The position numbers and the translations under genes were made by a program. From Cenococcum geophilum (Eukaryota): DNA of 64,000 nt. The stretch spans positions 6,820,001 through 6,884,000 of the forward strand of contig CP158636.1 in the NCBI GenBank assembly GCA_050273025.1, given 5' to 3'. Below are positions 27,290-37,949 of this stretch, piece after piece (positions within the stretch are counted from its first letter, which is position 1; every line of letters begins with the position of its first letter). Under the pieces are notes generated by a model. It worked only from the letters and a program-made list of their open reading frames with translations. It ran no database searches and was not told the DNA's origin.

Positions 27290-30200
27290 AAAAACGGCGA
27301 CAATACAGACGCTAACAACACAGCATAGCGCCGAGCCGAACCCCCTCAATCGCGCCAGCCTCTGCCTACTATCCCTTAATAGCGGCGGAGTCCGTGGGCT
27401 CTCCACGCTCTACATTCTAAAGGGTCTTATAGCGCGGCTTAACCGTAAACGTTAAGAAGCTAGCCTTCCTTAAGTGAAGCCATATAAGCTATTCAATCTC
27501 ATCGGCGGCACAAGTATAGGTAGGTACGCAGCCCTAAAACTAACTGCTAGATTTAGCTAACTAAGTAAGTTTAATTGCTATTATACTAGGCCGGCTTAAA
27601 ATAGACGTGGACAAATATATTGCGGTATATAGCGAGCTTATAGAGACAGTGTTTGGCAAGAGATTAAGCAAGCTCCCGTTTAGCTAGACCGGTAAAACTA
27701 AGGTACGCTTTAACTTAAAGAAGCTAAAGAGTGCTATTAAGAAGGTAGTTACTAACTATAATACCTCTAGTATAGAGTTCTTTAACAACGGGACTACTTA
27801 GGGATATTAAGTATTAGTAGCACTAATATACAGATCGCAATATGGATCGCACCACGCTAATACAGACAGATAAGTTCGTGTGTAGTATTGCGCATAAGAC
27901 AAAAAAAATAGTATGCCTAAGAAGCTATAGCCTAACTAACGAGACCGGTATTCCTGCTATAATCTACTAAGCAGCATTAGTAATATTAGCCGCAACGAGC
28001 TACTTCAACCCTATTAATATTAGGGCCTGCAGATTTACTAATAGTAGCTTAGGTACGAACAACCCTATAAATAAGGTAGAAGGAGAGGCTTTAAATATTT
28101 AGTGCGCCGAAATAGGAGATCTAAAGCCCCTAGTTAAGTATTTTATCTTAATTGGAACCGGAAATCCTAGGAAGAAGGCGATTAAAGATAATATACTAAG
28201 GTTCCTCTCTAGAACGCTTATGGGGATTGCTACTCAAACAGAAAAGACCAAGAAGAGATTTATAGTAAAGTAGTATTAGCATTTTAATAAAAAGCGCTAC
28301 TTCCGCTTTAACGTGGACTAAGGGCTATAGGACATTAAACTGGTTAAGTACTAGTAGTAAGGTGCTATTAAAGCAGCCACAGACGGGTATATTAACTATT
28401 AGGCGCAGAAGTTCCGGGTTAAAAACTGCGTTTTAAACCTAAAGCAAAAGCAAAGTATATATATAGAAAACTTTACCTAGATATAAGCGCGCTATTTACG
28501 CTAATACTATATAGATAGTACAGATACTACATTCACATCCGTTATCTATATAAGAGGTTATACCTCCCTTTAACGCGGCTAAGAGTTACTTATTTTAGGT
28601 AGGAATTTAATATATATTATATTATAAGGCTCTAAACTAGTAAGTTACTTATTATATTTAAACTATTCATACTAATCTCTATCTAGATGCTTATAAAGCT
28701 TACTAGAATATTCCTTTTAAACGGAACTTACGTTTTATAGGCTGAAGCTTTTAGCTTAAAAGACTTAAAAGTATACTATTTATAAACGGCCGGACTTAAA
28801 AAACTGCGGTTTTTAGCCTTAGTGGAGTGGGGAAGACCCAGATCGCGCTTAAGCTAGTATACCAAACAAGAGAGAAGTATAAAGATTGCTCTCTTCTCTA
28901 GGTGCTGGCGATAAATATCAAAAGCTTTTAATAGGCATACCTAAATATTAGGCAGTAGCTAGGTATACCTAGGCTAGAAGAGGAACAGGTAGACGTGAAG
29001 AAGCTAGTACAACAGTATTTAAGCTAGAAAAAGGCCGGTTAGTAGTTACTCATCTTTAATAATGCCGACAATATTAGTATATAGATTAGCAGCACTAGCA
29101 GCAGGGCTAGTTTAATCGACTATCTCCTATAAAGTAGTTAGGGTTTAATCGTTTTCACCACTTAGAGCTAGAAGATTGCCGTTAATTTAGCGCATCAAAA
29201 CATCGTTAAGGTTTCTAAGATGGACGAAGAGATAGCTATATAGATGCTAGCCAAGTTCTTAGCTAATCTAAGCCTCCTTAACAATTATTAGGATACGGCC
29301 GAGCTAGTTAAGCAACTTACTTTTCTCCCCTTAGCTATTACCTAGGCAGCTACTTACATTAATAAGAATAGGATCGCGTTTATAGACTACCTCTTGCTAC
29401 TAAAAGACTAGGAAGAAAGTGCCGTTAAGATTCTTAGTGAGGACTTTAAAGACGAGGCGTAATACTAAGACGTTAAAAATCTAGTGGCCACCACCTGGCT
29501 AATCTTGTTTAACTAAATCCAATACTATAATCCTCTAGCAGCCGAGTACTTATTAATTATATCCTATATAGACCTAAAAGACATCCCGTAGTCGCTCCTA
29601 CCGCTAGTAAAGTTACGTAAAGCAGAAGTTAATATAATTAGCACTTTAAATATATACTTATTCGTTAGTAGGCAGTCTATAGGTTAATTGCTAAATCTCT
29701 ACCAACTTATGCACCTAGCTACCCGCAACTGGTTAATAAAAGAGGACTCTTTAGCCTAATAGGAAGCTAAGGCTATTACATAACTAGAAGATATCTTCCT
29801 AAATAATAACTATGCAAATTAGAGCATTTGGAGAGCCTATTTACTACATATATAATACATCTTAGGTTCTACTCTTAGGGTAGAGGATATAAGTTAGGGA
29901 CTAGGGTTACATAAGAAATTTAGGCTGTACTTACTAAGTAACGGAAGATATAATAAAGTAAAAAAACTGTTACTGCAAGTAATAGAGGTAAGAGAGAAGG
30001 CGCTGGGGAAAGAGCACCTAGATATACTGACCAGCGTAAGCAACCTGGCAGGCGTGCTACGGCATTAAGGAAAGTATAAAGCGGTAGAGGAGATAAACCA
30101 GCGAGCGTTAGAGGGAAGAGAGAAGGCGCTAGGGAAAGAGCACCCAGACACGCTAACTAGCGTAAGTAACCTAGTGGGCGTGCTATAGTATTAGGGAAAG

Positions 30201-32290
30201 TATAAAGCGGCAGAGGAGATAAACCGGCGAGCGTTAGAGGGATATAAGAAGGCGCTAGGGAAAGAGCACTTAGATACACTAACTAGCGTAGACAACCTAG
30301 CGGGCGTGCTATAGTATTAGGGAAAGTATAAAGCAGCAGAGGAGATAAACCGGCGAGCGTTAAAGGGACATAAGAAGGCGCTAGGGAAAGAGCACCTAGA
30401 TATACTAACTAGCGTAAGCAACCTAGTAGGCATACTATAGCATTAGGGAAAGTATAAAGCGGCAGAGGAGATAAACCGGCGAGCGTTAGAGGGAAGAAAG
30501 AAGGCGCTAGGGAAAGAGCACTTAGATACGCTAATTAGCGTAAGTAACCTAGCGGGCGTGCTATAGTATTAGGGAAAGTATAAAGCGGTAGAGGAGATAA
30601 ACCGGCAAGCGTTAGAGGGATATAAAAAGGCGCTAGGGAAAGAGCACCCTTTTACATTAACTAGCGTAGGCAGCCTAGCGGGCGTGCTGTAGTATTAGGG
30701 AAAGTATAAAGCGGTAGAGGAGATAAACTGGCGAGCATTAGAGGGATATAAGAAGGCGCTAGGGAAAGAGTACCCTTATACGCTAACTAGCATAAGCAAC
30801 CTAGCGGGCGTACTGCGGTATTAGGGAAAGTATAAAGCGGTAAAGGAGATAAACCAGCAAGCGTTAAAGGGATATAAGAAGGCGCTAAGGAAAGAGCACC
30901 CAGACACGCTGACCAGCGTAGGCAGCCTAGCGGGCGTGCTATAGTATTAGGGAAAGTATAAAGCGGCAGAGGAGATAAACTGGTAAGCGTTAGAGGGGCA
31001 TAAAAAGGCGCTAAGGAAAGAGCACCCTTCTACACTAACCAGCGTGGGCAACCTGGCGTTAATGCTGTAGTATTAGGGAAAGTATAAAGCGGCAGAGGAG
31101 ATAAACTGGCGAGCGTTAGAGGGATATAAGAAGGCGCTAAGAAAAGAGCACCTAGATATACTAACCAGCGTAAGCAACCTGGCGTTTATGCTGTAGTATT
31201 AGGGAAAGTATAAAGCGGCAGAGGAGATAAACCGGCGAGCGTTGGAGGGATATAAGAAGGCGCTAGGGAAAGAGCACCCTTCCATATTAACTAGCGTAAG
31301 CAACCTAGCGTTAGTGCTATAGTATTAGGGAAAGTATAAAGCGGCAGAGGAGATAAACTAGTAAGCGTTAGAGGGAAGAGAAAAGGCGCTAGGGAAAGAG
31401 CACCTAGATATACTAACTAGCGTAAGCAACCTAGCGGGCGTGCTATAGTATTATAGAAAGTACAAAGCGGCAAAGGAGATAAACCGGCAAGTGTTAGAGG
31501 GATATAAGAAGGCGCTAAGGAAAGAGCACCTAGATATACTAACTAGCGTAAGTAACCTAGCGGGCGTGCTACAGTATTAGGGAATATATAAAGCGGCAGA
31601 GGAGATAAACTAGCGAGCATTAGAGGGATCTAAAAAGGCGCTAGGGAAAGAGTACCTAGATACGCTAACTAGCATAAGTAACCTAGCGGGCGTGCTATGG
31701 CATTAGGGAAAGTATAAAGCGGCAGAGGAGATAAACTGGCGAGCGTTAGAGGGATATAAGAAGGCACTAGAAAAAGAGCACCCTTCTATACTAACCAGCA
31801 TAAGCAACCTAGCGTTAGTGCTGTAGTATTAGGGAAAGTATAAAGCGGCAGAGGAGATAAACTAGCAAGCGTTAGAGGGAAAAGAGAAGGCGCTAGGGAA
31901 AAAGCACCCTTCTACGTTAACCAGCGTAAGCAACCTATACTATAGTATTAGGGAAAGTATAAAGCGGCAGAGGAGATAAACCAGCAAGCGTTAGAGGGAA
32001 GAGAGAAGGCGCTAGGGAAAGAGCACCTAAATACACTAACTAGCGTAAGCAACCTGGCGTTAGTACTATAGTATTAGGGAAAGTATAAAGCGGCAGAGGA
32101 GATAAACTAATAAGCGTTATAGGGAAGAGAGAAGGCACTAAGGAAAGAGTACCTAGATATGCTAACCCAATAATATAAAGCTACTTTAGCACTATATTAA
32201 AGGGCAGGTAGCAGGTATAAATATACGCTTAGCCTAAAGCATCCTACTACTTTTATATACTTTAAGTACTATTTATCTCTAATATAGGAA
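27290..32290 (+). pseudogene. Fungal NLR: patatin - NB-ARC - TPR (RIP pseudogene)
   Basis: LCLLSLDGGGVRGL (27360), FDLIGGTSTG, DGGLG.NNP; NB-ARC Walker A GLGGVGKTQIALE (~28815) and Walker B WLLIFDNAD (~29042), LTFLPLAITQAA; then 126-bp TPR units. Confidence 0.93.
29990..32170 (+). repeat. 126-bp (42-aa) TPR tandem array, ~17-18 highly similar units
   Basis: The ALGKEHP codons recur at 30000, 30126, ... 31890 (every 126 bp), then 32009 (7-bp deletion) and 32135. Confidence 0.97.
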
Positions 32291-32679
32291 ATACAATATA
32301 AATAATAGCTCTAAAATTATATAGATACACAAGAAATAAAACGCAGTTTATTCCTATTATAAGTCTATAGGGCGTATATAAGGTTAGTATAATACTCCTT
32401 TATTTATATATTTTAGTTAGTATATAGTCTAAAATATTAGTAGTAGCATAGTAAAAGGTATATAAGTAAGATACTTAGATAAGTTATAGCCCAGATTTTA
32501 ATCTGTTAGCATAAAAGCGTCCTTAGACTAAATAGTAGGTAGTTTAACTTTAGTTTAGGTGGCACATTGCCACCGCTAGTAGGGAGGGTAAACTACCCGC
32601 TCCAGCCACACCCTTATTAAGGTGGCGTTTCCCAAATATTAGCGCGGTCAAAGCTACGATCCACTTTATATATAGGGGT

Positions 32680-32935
32680 AGCAAGCTTATTAAGTTTACT
32701 TTAAGCGAGTCTCTAACTTTAATCTAATAGTTATATAAAAAGTTTTTTATTTCTACGTAAGTAATAAAGAGATATTCTTAACATAGAACTAACTAGATAG
32801 TAATAAAATATCACCTAGTTATAACGCATAAAAGAACAAGCTAAGAAAACCCTAATTAACGCCTTAATTCCTAATAAATGCCAAAAGAATATAATTACGA
32901 AAATCTTTCCTCTTAAGAAATTTCTTATGCCTTGT
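32680..32935 (+). repeat. Diverged copy of 17905-18140
   Basis: Shared blocks ttaagc.agtctctaactttaatc.aata, ttaacgccttaat.c.taataaatgc.aaaaga and taattacgaaaatcttt...taagaaatttcttat.cct. Confidence 0.8.
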
Positions 32936-34329
32936 ACTTCTTAGGAGCTCTATTTATAGTATAATTCTTTCTCTTACATAACCTTCCCCCTAATAGCTCT
33001 TCTAATAGATCCTCTAATACCTCTCCTAGTTAATCTCCTTACTTATACAGTTTGCCCCTCTTAGCTATCTCCATTATAACATCTTTAAGCGGTTTATATA
33101 TCTTAGCATAACAGTAAAGGTAATAAGGATTCTTAATATAGTATAATAAAAGTTTCTTTTATAGTATAGCCACCGCTAAAACCTAGGTAGGATACTAGTA
33201 TATTACTACAATAGGACCGTATAAAGATACAATTCCTCTATAACTAGGGTTTTGGAGACGTGTTATATCCTTTATTATATAATAAGTAGGTAACCAGAAT
33301 ATAAGATACTTTACTTATCCGCTTAAGATCTTAGTATTAGAAATTGTTAACACTTTAAATAGATATATAGGGACTAAACCATTCTCTACTTAATTATTAG
33401 TATTGCTAAATAATATAGGTGTCTTGTAAATATACCTCTAGGTACTGGCGAAATATATTTAAAACCCACAACTATATTTATCTACTAGGATAAGCCTTTA
33501 ATATAGTTCTCTTTTGGTTAAGGCAAGTCTATCTTAGCCTTGCTATAGTCCTCTATTAGCTTAGGTAAATTTATTTTAATTTTACCGTAGCCTTCTAAAC
33601 CCCTAAGGTAATTAAGGTATATTTTTTATATACTCGCCTAAACCGTATCCTCTTATGTATCGTCCTTTATATTATTATCCTTTTCGTAAAAACTGGCCTT
33701 ATTAGGTGTTTAGGTAGGTATATAAGGTATCTGCTCCTACATAGGGTCAGAAAGCTACAATTGTTTCTCCTCCCCGCTACTAAATACCATACCTTTATTA
33801 TTAATGCAATTCTAGGATAATTTAAGGTTTCTAGTAGGTTAATAATTAGGCATATTACCCTTAGGGCAGTAGCATATAGTAATGTTTCTATAAGCACTGG
33901 TTAAGGACCTATAGGTTATATTAGCAACGTATCTAAGCTTAGTTAAGGTAATATATATAATATCTAGTATTCCTATAAAGATCATAAGGGGTATATAATC
34001 AAGAGGTTAGGTTTAAAAGTAAGTTAATTTAATAGCATATAAGAACCAGGAGTATAACGTTTATATTCTATTTCTTTCCCAAAGCGGAGTTAGGACAGAA
34101 GGTAGAAAGGAAAGACTAAGCACATCAGCCGCCCTTTTCCACCCCATATAGTGTCTATAGTACAATATTTAGTAGCTGTAATTACTCTCAGCTTACATAT
34201 CGTCTGCGCCCGAGACCACAGGCGCCCGGAGCGATCTATAAGTAAGGCATTATTAGGAGTAGCCATTAGCTAAGCTGTTACTAAATTTAAATAGCTGACA
34301 ATCCCCAACAGACGCCGCATGCCTTAGTA

Positions 34330-34690
34330 GGGTTTAGAAGCGTTTATATAAAGTTATAAACTAGAACCAGAAGTTAATAATAACCCCTAATAACGCCTCT
34401 CTCAGCAAGAATAGCATTATATAATCTACTTCCGACGCCCATCCTTCCCAGGGCAAGACACTACCTAAGCAGTAGACTTATCCTAGCTAGTTAATCTTAT
34501 ATATTAACCTCCCATCTATAGTAAAGGAGCTATTAATGCCTATAGGGTAGTTTAATTAGCATTCTAGCTAAGCCCTTTATAAGCGCTCCGCCTTATATAG
34601 GCGGCAATTAACTCCTATTAATCTACCTTGCGTTAGGGAAGATCTTTTACTTAAGGCGCTAAGCAGCCAGTACTTAGAGGTCCATAGACA
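34330..34690 (+). repeat. Dispersed ~360-bp repeat, copy 2 (copy 1 at 19920-20285)
   Basis: Direct visual alignment with copy 1. Confidence 0.9.
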
Positions 34691-35847
34691 TATTCCATAT
34701 CCCAATAGCATTAACTATAACTCCTTAAGTAGTATCCCGCAACCCTTAAGTACCTATAAGTATACTATCCCTAAATTGCTAGCTACTAAGTGGGCATTTA
34801 TAGATAGAGAAACCGACTTTAGAGATAACGACAGTAATATAGAGGCGTGGACTAGTTGCGAAAGTAACTTTAGTAATAAAGATTAAGAATAGGACGCAGA
34901 GACATTATATAGCGGAGAAAATAGTTTTAGTACTGAAGATTAAGAAATAGGGGCAAACGGCAATAAAGAGATGTTGAGCGACGAGGCCATATAGGCGACG
35001 ATTAAATACGGTGGCCTTAACTTTATAGTCTTAAATCTGTAAGTATAGGATATAAATACAAAGAAGAGTTCTAATAAAGGCTAGTAAAAGGGTTAAAATT
35101 TTAGCCTCTTTTCGTTTAGCCTATCGCGAAACGAAATAATATTTCACTATTCCTACCAGAGTCTCTACCCGCTTAACTTATAGCGAGCTATAAAGCATTT
35201 ATAATAATCTAGGCCCTTCCTTAAATAAATTTATTCATTACCTTAAAAGTAGTAATAGAAGGTAAATCTATACCAACGACCTAGGATTTTTTAAATTTCT
35301 TACGGACCTGGAATCCATGCCACCTTAGCAACTATTAGTCGTGTTTAAGACCATAAAACTTATAGATTTATACCTTAAGAATATAAATATATTATTCTAT
35401 AGCGTTTTCTCTTTATTTAAATTATTTCTCTATTTATTATATACAGCGGTTATTTATCTATTCCGGTATAGTAGGGAGAGGTAGTTAGGTTACGCGAGGG
35501 GGCTTAGACTTATGGCTACGCTTATAGGGCTGTTTATATGTAAACTTCTCCAAGTATATATAAGGGGGCTTTAAGTCATTATAAAGTTCATAAGAGTCTT
35601 TATATGGGAACTTCTTTAATATTTCTAGATCTAGGACTTATATATTTCTTTTTTTTCTAGTTCTAGTATTTTCTTAATATTTACTTCTTACCAATTGCGT
35701 ACTAGGCGTAAATAGGTACTAGGCCAAACCACACAGCCTTTAACCTAGCTCGTATAATCACCTAGCTTACACGGCTAGGGCTACAATATTAATTACGCAC
35801 TAGTATAAATAAGCATTCTCCGCTCTAGTTTAAGCCGGGAGGGTTAT

Positions 35848-36080
35848 ACAAACTAGGCAATTATACAAGTTTAAGGGTTATATAAGCTCTAGGATCTTGC
35901 GAGCTAGAGGTTATATAAGCTAAGTAATCGTATAAGCTAGGAGATTGTAGGAGCTTAGAGGCCGTGGGAGCTAAGTAATCGTGCGAGCTAGGTAATTTTA
36001 TAAGCTGGGCAATGCGAGCTAGGAGATCTTACAAGCTAGGAGATCGTATAACTAAGGTAATTGTATAACTAAGGTGGTTC
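35848..36080 (+). repeat. Degenerate 17-bp tandem array (gcgagctaggagatcgt-like), ~14 units
   Basis: ataagctaagtaatcgt / ataagctaggagattgt / gggagctaagtaatcgt / gcgagctaggagatctt / acaagctaggagatcgt. Confidence 0.8.
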
Positions 36081-36744
36081 TAAAAGTAAGGCGGTTTATT
36101 TAAGTTCCGAAAAATGGTTAGATAAGTAATTGGACAATACAAGTAGTCTTACCTTAGTAAGCTTAGACGCGATTCCGTTAATACGGAGTTAATTAGCTTA
36201 TAAGTGAATAACTAACTATATTTATGGTACACCACCGGAATTACGTTTAAGGGAGTATCGCAAGATGTAATGAGTTTATTATTGATATCCGCGTTACAGA
36301 GGTTGTGGATATTAAAATAACTTAACTATAACAGCTTAAATACTACCAAAAGTTAATTAATTAGAGAGATGACTTAATATTTCGCAAATATTGGGTCTAA
36401 ATTAGCCTAGTTAATTATAATTAGAGTTTAAAAATTTAGGACCTAAAAGTAATAGACCACTTATAAACTCGGGTTAATAAGCTTTATAGTTCCCACACTA
36501 TAGAATTAACTTTTTAACTAAAAAGGTTAGCGATATCCGCTAATTAATTCTACGGTCTGAGGTTGCTAAGGTAAGCTATTAGATCTACGTAATAGTTACC
36601 CAAAGCTAGATTTTCCGGCCGATTTCCCATTTAGAATAGAAGACACTAAATCCTAGCGACCGCAAAAGTCCTTCCTTAGAAGTCAGGCGCGGTAAAAAGA
36701 AGGCAAAATAGGTAAAATTTAGACTAGTTGTAACTTTCTATAGA

Positions 36745-37150
36745 CTATTATTCTCTAAATATAACCGTTTATTAGACTAGTTATTCTCTAAATATAACTA
36801 CTCTAGATATATTAGACGTATTAGATATAGCGTTCTTACTCTCCGGACGTAACTATTCTCTAAACATAGCTATTCTCTAGACATAGCTATTCTCTAGACG
36901 TAGCTATTAGCTATTCTCTAGTGGCTGTTCTCTAGATATAGCTGCCCTCTACATAGCTACCCTCCACGTAGCTGTTCTCTAGACGTGGCTATTCTCTAAA
37001 CGTAGCTATTCTCCAGACGTAGCTATTCTCTAGACGTAGCTATTCTCTAAATATAGTTCTCCTATTTAGCGCTGCCAAAAGGACCGGTTATTTTAGGCCA
37101 ATTAGGCATCTAATAATTCTCCAGATATAGCTGTTCTCCAAACGTAACTA
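36745..37150 (+). repeat. 17-bp tandem array (acRtagctattctcYag)
   Basis: acatagctattctctag / acgtagctattctccag / acgtagctattctctag repeated, with degenerate copies. Confidence 0.9.
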
Positions 37151-37296
37151 GAATCCCTTAATAACGGTTAGCTAAAAATAGAGGGTCCTAGAATTAGGTT
37201 TTAAGGATAATATTTAAAGCCTAGTAAAAACTTATATAAGTTATAATAAATAACCTATTCTCCCATAGTAAATATTATTAAACAGGCCATATAGAT

Positions 37297-37830
37297 ATGC
37301 AAAAGGCACAATTCCTTAAGTATAAACGAAGATTCGCAATAGAGAGGAGGATCAAGTATAGAGGTACTACTAGTGTTAATTTTAAAGTGCTACATTTAGC
37401 ATGCGAAAAGGACGAGGGAAATATAGTAAGACTTAAGAATTTCTTCTAGAAGAATGGTTGCGATTGCCTAGATATTTAAAATCATCTTCCTACCGTTATT
37501 AATTAGGAGCAGCTTAACGGCCATTTAACTTTTAGAAACTCTTTCTTCTAATAACACAGCTTATATAGGCTACTTATTATATAAACTCCGATTAATATAA
37601 TAACCAGTGTCCAGTTAAAGGAAAAGCCCTTTACTAGCCTTAATAGCTTACTAGCAAGCTTTTAAAGGATAGATTAGGGAACAGTCCTATATATACTAAG
37701 AGCATAATTTTTACAAACTTTGCATTTAATCCGTTCACTCTACTTAATATTAAAGAAATGCTTCCGCTAGAAGTATTTTATAGTATTAGTTTAGATTAAT
37801 TTTAGTGCTATATAATATATTAACTGCCTA
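37297..37830 (+). pseudogene. DUF3723-family protein relic (N-terminus; appears internally deleted)
   Basis: Reverted MQKAQFL..ERRFA.ERRIKYRGTASV.FEVLHL..EKDEGN..RLKNFF.KNGC.RLDI.NHLPAVIDQEQL resembles the N-terminus of DUF3723 proteins as I recall it. It is far shorter than a complete gene. Confidence 0.65.
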
Positions 37831-37949
37831 GCATCTTAGGGCTAAACCGTCCCAACCAAGCTTGGTCTCTATGCCGAAGAACTTATATAGTGGGACTATC
37901 TTAACATAAACAGTAAGGCAGGCACCGGTGCATACCTCTTTATTTTTCT

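Noticed and set aside
29990..32170. Regularly spaced repeats resembling a CRISPR array
   Set aside because: The units are contiguous 126-bp coding TPRs with no unique spacers, in eukaryotic DNA with no cas genes.
23815..32670. The inverted repeat as TIRs of a large DNA transposon
   Set aside because: The repeat contains TPR coding sequence and the gene's 3' flank, and no target duplication is evident. The enclosed transposase has its own TIRs.
26700..34300. A SEC9-like SNARE partner next to the patatin NLR, as in Neurospora plp-1/sec-9
   Set aside because: I could not recognise SNARE-like sequence in the flanks.
36100..36700. Possible KilA-N/APSES gene relic
   Set aside because: The resemblance is too weak to support after RIP.
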